Part shown: positions 54,247-64,000 of the stretch, one piece after another
Position numbering within the stretch: position 1 is the stretch's first letter
How the letters are laid out: each line of letters begins with the position of its first letter
Origin: Nitrospirales bacterium
GTDB taxonomy: Bacteria > Nitrospirota > Nitrospiria > Nitrospirales > UBA8639
Length of the DNA stretch: 64,000 nt
Assembly (NCBI GenBank): GCA_965203295.1
Contig: CBDBCZ010000012.1
Location: 160,001-224,000 of the forward strand
Direction of reading: 5' to 3'
Notes under the pieces: generated by a model
What the model was told of the DNA's origin: nothing
Seen by the model: only the letters and a program-made list of their open reading frames with translations
Database searches by the model: none
Made by a program: the position numbers and the translations under genes

Positions 54247-54790
54247 TAGGCCAGACAATTTTTTAGGGGGGGGGGGGGGAGGGGGGAGTATGGTCTGGTG
54301 ACTATTGCCAACATTTCGTTGCATCCGCCAAAATGTTGGAAGAAAATTAATGTTGGTGAGTAGTCACATGACCAAGATGTCTGCTGCTATTCTAAGAGCC
54401 GAGTTTGTGCTGCAATCTAAAGCTATAAAGCTTTTCGAATACACTCATGCAGCTACGTCCAAAGCTGGAACTACAGTGGTCAAGTGATTTGTACAAGGGA
54501 GAGACGTGTTGTGAGCCTTTTGTGTAGCGGTAAGTCTCTATGCTACTTGCTAGTGTTTCATGTTAAGTTTAAAAGGTAAGAAACTCTGTTACACACAAGA
54601 TCAACTTTCGCGAGATCAACTGGCTTGCAAGACTAACGACATAACATGCTTTTCGCTATAAAGTACTATACACTCCCTTATGTGACGCCCTACAGTAGTT
54701 TAACATAATTTGCATAAAGGAACGGAACTGCCGCAATAGTCACCAGACTACACTCCTCCCTCGTTAAAATAGTCTAGCCCGAGAGACTAG
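54247..54790 (+). mobile_element. TIR element with decayed RecQ-like helicase motif I (AcademH-like non-autonomous derivative)
   Basis: Inverted repeats GTCTGGTGACTATTGC (54293-54308) / GCAATAGTCACCAGAC (54733-54748), extending to a GAGACTAG end. 54453-54550 reads LRPKLE..VVK*FVQGRDV..VSL..SGKSLCY across frameshifts. Confidence 0.7.
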
Positions 54791-54841
54791 TAAAATAGCA
54801 TGTGATTAGAGCACGGGTAAATTTTCTTTTCCACCGCGTAC

Positions 54842-55108
54842 CTGGAGAAATTGCTGTGCCTGTTGGTACATAGCCTCGTCTAGACACTTCACCCCCAGTA
54901 TCGTCAGGACCATCTCGTCGCATGCAGAGCACTTCAAAACAGCGTGCGCGATCTCGTAGGAAATCTGTAGAGTCTCGGCAAGCCCGCTTAGCTCGTCCAA
55001 CACACGGGATAAGGCACCGAGGAAGTCTTCCCGAATTTCTGCCTTATAAGATGGCTTTTCCTGGCTCCCTGGAGCTAGGTATCCAAGATGAAGGGGACTA
55101 TCAGTCAT
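54842..55108 (-). CDS. Possible first coding exon of an unidentified gene
   Basis: ATG-initiated 89 codons of ordinary composition (MTDSPLHLGY...QAQQFLQ) ending at a CAG|GTACGC donor, beside a CpG-rich region with CCAAT and GC boxes. No family recognised; no downstream exons identified. Confidence 0.4.
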
Positions 55109-55285
55109 AACTTGAGCTAGCTACTACAGCTAGATATAAGGCGACGTGGCTGGGCAAGACTCACATGTACCAATCACGAGAGCAATTTAGGAATGGGGGC
55201 GGGGCTCAAGGAGCTACAGGTATTATTAAAGCTTACGTACGTACGATTTAGCTAGGAGCGAGCGCACGCGACGAGGAACGGTTGG
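55109..55285. promoter_or_regulatory. Possible divergent promoter
   Basis: CCAATC at ~55170, GGGGCGGGGC at ~55196 and local CpG enrichment between two outward-facing ATG-to-donor segments. Confidence 0.35.
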
Positions 55286-55347
55286 ATGGACGTGTTGCCA
55301 AACGTTACAGGGTCTTCAGTAGGTTGCTCTGACAGTCATATCCCAGG
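55286..55347 (+). CDS. Possible short first exon of an unidentified gene
   Basis: ATG at 55286 (MDVLPNVTGSSVGCSDSHIP) followed by a consensus donor G|GTAAGT at 55348. Confidence 0.25.
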
Positions 55348-58300
55348 GTAAGTGGAACAGATACTGCCGCTCATCTGCCTGAGGCAAAAGTAGCTTAAAT
55401 TACGGGTGAGAGTATCTGACTACTATATTTCTGGGTCAGGTCGTTTTCTCGTTACCAGCGCAAAACTAAGGCTAACACCGCTTTAGTATCCTTCGCCTTG
55501 ATTGTGAGCTGGGAACGAGACTAGTCCAATACTTAGTCTGGTGGTGGGGATGATCTGATCCAAGCCTGGGCTGGCTGCATGACTTCACACTTCAAACTAT
55601 TGGTAAGGTTGCTGTCTGATTTCCAGCATAATTTCATGCAAGATGGGGACAGATACACGAACCTTAGCTGCTCTACTAAGTAGCTGAATGCTGCTTTTTG
55701 GGCCACACTAGCGTCTGTAGCTACATCAGCCAACGTTCCACAGTTCCATTATGAAGTATATATAAGCTTTAATATTTAGACTCGAACATCAAGTTGAAGA
55801 GCGCTCTAATGGATAGTGTGCTAGATATAATCCTGAGATGGAACCCACACAGTGCCAGGATTTATCTTTCCCTGCATTGCTTAATATGTTGTCATTTGTT
55901 CGATCTATCAACTGTACTGTGCATTGCCTTTTATGAATTCATGAGCTCTGTTTAGGCATTTCAGGATCCCGTTTAAAAAGAACTCGATATACATGGATGT
56001 GTAAACGCACTAACTCAATTCAGAAACTAAACCTCATCAGCAACATGAGGTGGGTTACCAGGTATGCTCATAAGCCAGTTTCCAAAATCAGCACATTGAC
56101 TCCTATAAGATTTATTGTACCCTGAATCTTGAACCATATGCCTGTATTTTAGAGGTTTGGGTTTATTTGGGATTGTGCCACACACAGATTTATTAAATGT
56201 ACAGTACAGTTTATCAGTTAGTACCAATTCACAGACTGAGGTGGTAGTTTCCAGTTCACAAGAAAATGCTTCTGCCATTAGTTTTGAATTCATTGGCCGG
56301 GGAGAGCCTTGGAATAAGGCAAATTTCCTTTTTTTTTCTTCTGTAGGTATGGTGGATACTGTCCTATTAAGGATACATATGGTGCAACATTTGGAACTGC
56401 TACCAAACATTACCACCAGATTGTGTGAGCATCTCTAAACCGTAGATAGGCAAATCTCTCACCCAAATGTCCATACGTAGAGGAGTGTTTGGATGATTAA
56501 TTCCTTAATCAACCAGAAGGCTATAACAAGCCTTCTGGTTTGAAATTGAATCACCAACAAAACTGCATTCCCTGCAATGTTGCTATGATGTGTACTTGAA
56601 TTACGATAAATAACAATAGCTACCAAGTCTGTGACAGCAAAGTAACCACTGGAGATCTTCCTTTGTACATGAGTGCATGAACAGCTGCCACCTCAGGACT
56701 AATTAATCAGACTTCTGCTATATAGTAATAATTTCAGTCTAATGTCTGCCTTCTACAGTAACTACGAACCTGTAGGTAGCATTCAAAACTCTTATCTTCA
56801 TGTATAGTTTTTTGATTAGCAAGCACGTGCATATAGCTAGTGGCCAAGATCAGAGAGCCTGTGTGGGCATGCTGTGCACTCAACTGGTTGATAGTGTCTA
56901 CCGTCATGGCATTCCATGCAGAAATTGCAATGTTGTAAGGTAACAAAATATGGTGTACATGTTTGCAGAGTAACGTAGGTTCTCCTGATCAATATCTTCA
57001 TTTGCATTTATAATACATCTACCGTTCATTGTATGGGAAATTCATCAATGATGTTTTCATTGGTACTCTGCAGTCGTCAGGAGAGCCTAAACTCTAGCAG
57101 GAAACCACTAAAGAGGACGGCTAGCGAGAGTGGCATGACTTTTGTTGAACTATCCTTCTCTATTTCAAGGTAAAGTGTTTCTTTAGCTAATATTCTTACA
57201 TACTACTTCAGTGTCTGAAGTATATTCTGGGGTACATTAACTCGGTCTGAGAAGTATCTCTCCGATAATTTATAGCTAAAGCTGACACCAATATCTTGAG
57301 GGTAGATGCTTGAGAACTACCCCTTGACAAGTATTCTCGTTTCCAACACATTTATCCAAGTTTCATGGTGTGAGGTATAAATAATACTGCCCTTTTTTTA
57401 GGACAACCAATAACCAAAGGCTCAGGCAACAGAGATGGCAATCTGAAAAGTAGTGTGGTGTGTTCCTGCCTTGTACGTTACTTTTTGGGGGGATTCATCC
57501 CCGTACGTTCTTTCATTTTTCGAATGTAACTATGCATGCTACTTGACATTCTGAGCCTGTAGTGCTCAGCAATTTAGTATTGACAATGAACTTCCAATAA
57601 CATTTGAATTGTACACAGCTGGCACAGCAACACAGTGAACAGTACAAAGATCACACTGGCCTACTGCCCCAAGTACAGACCTTTACCCATAGGAGACATG
57701 CCTCCGCACCCCCTCTGTCAAGGTATGACATTGCTTTTAAAGTTACTGTAGTTACGAAACTTTTTTGATGCTACGTAGGTGGTTACTTATTTTTCAATCT
57801 CAGGGAAGTGTTAAATAGAGAATTATAAGGGGGAGACATGCCCACAGACCCCCTTGCAATTGAAGGACGTTTTCTAGTTCAGCATATGAAAACCTGCAAC
57901 CTGTATAGTTCATATGATTAATCCAAAACCAGATTTTTTGACAGAATGGTTTTTGTGGTCCCCCAGGACAATATTCACAATTTCAAAATCAATTTTCAGT
58001 CCAAATTTGACCTTCTAGTATACAAAATGGCTACGTGCAATAATGCACCTGGCAGACCGCAGGTTGAAGCAGGCTCGCTGTAGTAGTGAGCGCTTTCAGG
58101 ACTCCCATACAGAATCTTATACCGAAGGTAAGTGTTTGCGCTGCGAGTTTGGTAGGCTCCATGTCTGGTGAAGTGGCTGGGAGGGACGGTGCCCACCATG
58201 ACGACGACAACGACAAAAAGGGTCAATGGAGCCGGAGTATAGCCTTGCTTTGCTCGGAATTAATCTCAGGTACAGCGTGCACCACAATTACAACACAAAC

Positions 58301-58819
58301 TAGAATCAGAGTCTGGAGAGAGAACTATGCATACATACATGCATGAACATGTGTGCATGCATGTGGAGTCAGATAACATACAAGGTAGCTACCCTTTATT
58401 TTCAAACTAGACAGCTAGCCTTGAAACATTTGGTCATAGCTATCCAGCTATTAGCTAGATAACACACAGAATTCACTCCCAAAATAGTTATGCCAGATAG
58501 TATCTAATGCACAGCATGCGTTTAATGTGTGTTAGATCTCTAATGTACAGCACCAAATTTTGCACGTCTATGAATTAGCTACGTAGTTCAATACCACAGA
58601 TGTTTTGAGAGCACAATTAAAGATTGTGCCATAATTTTTACATGTGTAATACTATTCTTACGTAAGCATAGCAATATTATACTCATGTACAATTAATATT
58701 GTGTGTGTGCATTTAACGAGGTGTGTCCAATCAGCCATTAATTGACTGGTCTTCCTGGGAGTTCTGTATGGAATTTAACAATACTCATTAAGATAATATG
58801 GCACTGATTCTGGGGTCCC

Positions 58820-59376
58820 TACTAGTAAACTGCTCCGGCAGACTCTGGGCTGGACTACCCTGAGGGCAAGACGACACCATGCTATGCTCTGTCAGGTCCA
58901 TCGTTGCTGCACTAACCAAGCACCTCCATACCTATGCTCTAAGTTCTCTGTAAACTCAAACCTTTCCGCGGTTAGGACCAGGGGCTCGGATAAGTTGCAC
59001 TTGCCTCAACCTCGGACAAGCTTTTTCCACTCGAGTTTTGAATTTCAAGGAGCCATATGGTACAACAAGTTACCCAAGGACATTAGGGACCTTACGAGAA
59101 GTACTTTATTTAAGTCTGCTTTGCTTAAATATAATTGCACTAATTTGTAGTTTTTTTGTATATTATTATTTTCTTTTTTACTTTCCTTGTTGTTGCCTTG
59201 AGTCACTGACTGCCTTGCTGTTTGTTTTATTGTTGTTGTTGTTTTTGGTTTGCTCTTTTGGTTTCTTTCTTTTTTTTGGTTTTGTTTGTGCATCTCCAGG
59301 ACCTGTATGAAAATCTACTCTGGGTTGTAGATACAGCACTCCTGCTGCAAAATAAAATTTTATCTATCTATCTACT
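58820..59376 (+). mobile_element. 5'-truncated LINE 3' end (CR1/L2-group)
   Basis: LGWTTLRARRHHAMLCQVHRC...APPYL...RTRG...LPQPRTSFFHSSFEFQGAIWYNKLP..FKSAL is a typical ORF2 C-terminus; T-rich 3' UTR, AATAAA and a (TATC)n tail at ~59360-59375. Confidence 0.85.
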
Positions 59377-61739
59377 AATGAGGAGTTCATAATTTTACAG
59401 TAATACTACACTCGCCTTCATACTGTTCAAGTTCCTGTGTTCTTCTGATCTTTTAGTAGATCTACGAGGTTATTAACTTGCACTCGAGCACTCGCTTGCG
59501 CCATACAAGCTGGCCAAGCTTGTATAGAATTTTGAGCTGACAAACAAGATGGACACAACTAATTAACCCAGGGGTGGAGAGTACTACTCTGGCTCTTGTG
59601 CAGGCCTTGGTAGTATTTCACCATCCTGGGTACATAACCCGACGCTCATAAGCCCCTGTGGGTACCCAGTTCACGCATTCCTTAACAGATGGGAACGTAC
59701 TTATAAGAAATAGAACCTTCTTGTCCCCTCCTGTCCCACAACTTCATACGTGCTCAGCTGTTCCTATAATTTAGGCCATTGCCCACGAAACTTTAGAATG
59801 GGTCGGACCCTTTTATATATGGCTCTACCGTTCCAATGGTTGCAAAACAATCTAGCTAGTGGCACTTGCAAGTTATCTGATAGCATAGTACAGAGGTATT
59901 TATGCAGATCAGTGAGGGCAGACCTGGGCCATGGGGGATGCAGCTAGCCTAGAGCTCTGACGTACTTGAGATAGGGCAGTGTACGTTACAGCATAACACT
60001 GTGCCCTTGGGGCTAGTTGTATGGCATACTGGCAGCTAAAAGGAAGCCTTGTCTTCGATGCGCTGACAACAGAGCAAGGTATGAGCATGCTCTATAATTT
60101 ATCTAGTACTCTACGTATTAAGATATGCAAAATTGATATCACAAGGATACGCACAGCCATTGCCGCCTATTCGCCGTACGTACATGTAACATGTACAGGC
60201 ATCTTGCAACGTGCACTTGCAAGGCCTCTAGACCACACGTGTTCATGAATGTGATTAAGCTTATCTTAATTGCTGTAGCGTATGCTATATAGCTAGTCAG
60301 AGGTATATATCTCTCTCTTAGTGTCACTGAGCATTTTTAGGATGCATCCTAAAATGCTCAGTGATACTGACACATGGTGTAACATTTGGCGTTGCCAACA
60401 CTTGTAACTCAGCAGCAGTGACAACACTTGTCCAGCACACTATATACACTCACACGTATATACTGTCTACAAATTAGTGTGGGACAATAGGCCCTAGTAC
60501 AATGCATGGAACAACCATACAAATTAAACATCTCCAGGGCTTGCTTGTGTCGTCTCCATTCAGGTATAGTCCTAGCGAGTTTAGAATGGCCTGCATCTGC
60601 ACTATGCAAATTTCAGCGAGTTCTAAAACATCGGCAGCATAATCACTATGTGTCAATTCAGCTGCTCTTTCCAGTCAGTGTTCGAGTTTTATATAAAGCA
60701 TTGGCAGTATATGCACTATGTGACAATTCATCTGCTTTTTTCATTCAGTGTTCTAGTTCTAAAACATCGGCGGCATTTCACTATGTGTCAATTTATGGAC
60801 ATAGACTAACAGGGCACACTAGATCACATATGACAAACTAGAAATGCTGTAACCAGTAACATACTTCTTGGTGCTTGTCTTTTATCATTTCTTCTATGCT
60901 TACCAAGTGTACATGTATTTGCAATGCACACATCACCTTCTGCCACCAGACTTCAGTTGCTGGCAACCTTCCAGCTCAGCCACTGTCCAGTTCAGTACGT
61001 TTTGCTCTGTTGAATTGCGTAATTATATATGTACATGTTTATAGATGGCTTACATCGGGTGAAGTATGATTATCAGTATAAGCACAGTTGTTAAGGGAAT
61101 CAATTTATGACCTGCTATTGTTATCTATACCTAAAATTATGTTAGCTACTTTCCTCAATACCACAGTGTGCATTATAATTGCCAATACATCATGTTCAGT
61201 TTGTTTTAATGTCTCTCTCTTCTGCGCAGTAGATAGCCATTTCTTTAGAGAGCATGATGTAGTCTATGCTTGTCCTATGTGGTCTCATGCTGTATGTACT
61301 AGTGCATAGGACTCCTATCATCATGGTGACAGTATCCTTGTCTATGCTTTCAGTCTGGTCTTTTTCTTTCTGTTCTCCTGCCAAAGGATGCCCTTGTTGG
61401 GAATCAGTGGAACTTTTCTATGCTTGTGTCGGCCTTAAAACTTTAAATATTGTCCATCAATGTACATGTACATGTACCACAAAATATCATCAGTAGAATT
61501 TACAAACCAAGTCTGAAAGTGTCCAGTTCATCTGCACAGAATCCCATATGAAGATTGATGTAAGACTCAAATTCACTGTTTACACTTCTGTAGGCAGTAA
61601 ACATGGTAAATGCAAACTGGACAACCAATCAAGTAAACCTTGTCCTTTGACTGGAGATCTTAAAAGCTTTGCCTGCGTACGTATGTGGGTGCATGGCCAA
61701 TGGCGTAAGCGCTATGGCAGTGGCGTGAGTATATTTTTA

Positions 61740-63420
61740 TTCCTAAATCTAAATTGCCTTCATCTTCTCTCTCCAATTATTGTCCTAGTTCTCTACTTCT
61801 TATAGTATTAGAGTGCCACTTTGTTATTTATTGATTATTGTACTTACCATCATCTCATTTCCAATTCTCGGTTTGGTTGTTGTCCTGGTTTTTCTACTGT
61901 ATCTGCTCTCCTCTCTGTCACTCACAAATGGGTTTCTTTACTTGATTCACACAACTCTTGTGCTTTTTTTTATCTTTGTAAGGCCTTTTATTCTGTTCCG
62001 CATCATCTCCTCGATACTTTCTGTTCTTTCTGGTTTCCTCCTCACCTCATCTTAGTGCTGTGAACTGGTTACAGTTAAACAGTTAATTGACCAGTTAAAA
62101 TCATTCTATAGGTTATTGGTTTGAAATAGCCACCATCGAGTGAACTGTGTGCATGTGTATATTACTTAACTACGTATGACAGTATAGTGTAGTCGAAGAT
62201 GGATGCTAGCCTGGGTAGTCAGTCACCATCGACATCATCGTTGAGCTCTAGCTCTGTCGCATCCCCGGCCCCATGGTTATTTCTCCGTTCAGTAGGACCT
62301 CCGTTGTATGGAAGCACATTGGTTTCGCGAAAAATGACAGTGGTAAGTTACTCGAGGACAGCCGCGCAATCTGTAAGTTACGTATGCAGTCAGAAAGTTC
62401 CCAATGGTGGGGGCACATTCAAGAATCACCTACGGATGAAACATCACTCAGCTACAGCAAGCTCTTTGTCTGCAACTCGTCCAAAGTTTACTGGTTGCTA
62501 TTGTTCAGCCAGCTGAGGTCAAAAAGTTCAGTTAACTGGTTAATCGGCAGTTATTTGTGAACAGTTAAGTGGTTATATTTTTCATCCAGGTTCACAGCAC
62601 TACCTCATCTTCTGGTTACATACATGTAATTGTTTGCTTAATAGGTACCAACAAGTAGTTATTAATGGTTATTCTTCTTTTAAATTTTGTGTTCTCTCTG
62701 GTGTTCCCCAGGGCTCTGTTCTTGGTCCCCTTCTGTTTAATATTTTCATTAATGTTCTTCCTCTCTCTTCCTCTGCCAGATTAGTTATGTATGCTTACGA
62801 CTTTCTTTTATTTCAACCGTGCAGTTCTGCTTCTGCTTATTCCATGTAACATCGATTCTATTTCTTCTTAGATATCCTCTCGTTCACTTATCATTAATTC
62901 TTCTAAAACTAAGTTTCTTGCCTATCTTCTCTCCCCTCTCTTTGTCTCAACATACAAATACTTTGGTGTTACTGTTTCTTCTGATTTTTCCTGGTTTTCC
63001 CATAGTCAGCCTATTTGCTGTAAATCTAGAAGACGGATTGGTCTCCTCTTTCATTATTTTTCAAGATGTGGACGAATGAGCGGGACATAGAGCTTGAAGA
63101 GAACAGAACGAGATAGAACAGTTCTGCTTCCATTCCTTCTCTTGAGAAAGTTCAATGTCAATATTTCGCTCTTTAGCTCTGTTCCAAAAGCTCATCTTCT
63201 TACTTTTCCCTTCTTCGCCACTTTAACTGACCTTCTCTATCTCCTCAACTAAATTCTTAATAGCTATGTTTACTCTCCTCCTAATGCTTTCTCTATCCAA
63301 CCGCCTTCCTGATTCCTACCACCCTAGAAATTTGCATGTTCCTTCCACTTGCACTTCTGCTCTCCTCCACTCCTTTGCTCTGGAACTCTCTTCCTGCTCA
63401 TCTCAATGACTGTTCTTCAT
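61740..63420 (+). mobile_element. Decayed LINE reverse-transcriptase region (CR1/L2-group)
   Basis: SNSRFG..PGFSTVSALLSVTH..LCKAFYSVPH, RYQQVVING..SGVPQGSVLGPLLFNIFIN and MYAYD (degenerate YADD), with many stops and frameshifts. Confidence 0.88.
62053..62602 (+). mobile_element. hAT internal-deletion derivative with BED zinc-finger remnant, nested in the LINE
   Basis: TIR TAGTGCTGTGAAC / GTTCACAGCACTA; 8-bp TSD CCTCATCT (62045-62052, 62603-62610); SVVWKHIGF..AICKL / CSQKV..GGGT..KNHLRMKH. Confidence 0.92.
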
Positions 63421-64000
63421 ACGTGTAGCTAAACCACCAACTACAGCTTGTTCTGTTTAACATGTTAATTTGAGCTCTGTAAGTACAAATAAGGCCCACA
63501 TCCATCAGTGAAGATAGAAAGATGAGCTGTGCTGCTTGAATCCCCATAGCTAATCATTTCTATCATGCAATGTTCACTTCTCTGCTTCCCAGTTTTTACT
63601 ACCACCTTTTTTTGCCATAAAAACTAGTAGGGGCGGTGTTTTTTTGTTTTGTCTTTTTCATTATGCAAAGAAACATTGGCAGTGGAGACAGCGAATAAGG
63701 CTACCTTAAAGTTAAAATCTCTGCTCTCTTGTGTATTATTGATAATTGGTTAACCTAATACGAATTGCAATGATCTCCTTGCTTAATCCTTAATTCCAGG
63801 TTGGTTCACTAGCAGCAATTGGTGTTGAAGAGGTGAGCTATTTAGATACATGTAGTTGTGAGATTAGGTCAACGGAGTAGAAGGTTGTGGTTTTTCAGGT
63901 AACCGCAATCGTCAAGGCTAATGGTACTATCAATCAATAGTTTGCTGACTATGTATGCATATATAACATACACCAAATGTAGGTACTACACATATACACT

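Noticed and set aside
56027..57430. Decayed minus-strand coding region
   Set aside because: Some exon-like composition but many stops and no family I can recognise; needs blastx.
60594..60795. Short diverged tandem repeat (~65 bp, about 3 copies)
   Set aside because: Too short and degenerate to interpret beyond local duplication.

Overview
Eukaryotic, repeat-dominated DNA. Short GT-AG introns and the transposon repertoire suggest a non-bilaterian animal such as a demosponge (inference only). No intact protein-coding gene can be supported; almost all ORFs in the track are Cys/Tyr/Val/His-rich artefacts of satellite DNA. The dominant structure is a giant nested inverted duplication of at least 49.9 kb: position 1 pairs with 49891 and the left arm runs off the window. 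From outside in, each arm carries frameshifted Twinkle (TWNK) exons, a tRNA-Thr-like element, a 15-20 kb satellite built from 10-bp GTATAC units with kb-scale higher-order repeats and transposon insertions, and a 33/34-bp minisatellite. Between them lies a 9-kb array of 99/114-bp monomers. Arm identity is about 99% outside and much lower near the centre (by eye). One inverted monomer at ~18605-18740 places the real fold axis near 18750. The arms share a miniature LTR element but differ by arm-specific insertions. Whether the palindrome is real or a haplotype-joining assembly artefact cannot be settled from sequence alone. The remainder (49.9-64 kb) holds a foldback element, a 61-bp satellite, a RecQ-fragment-bearing TIR element, a possible divergent promoter, and decayed LINEs with a nested hAT derivative and a micro-inversion.
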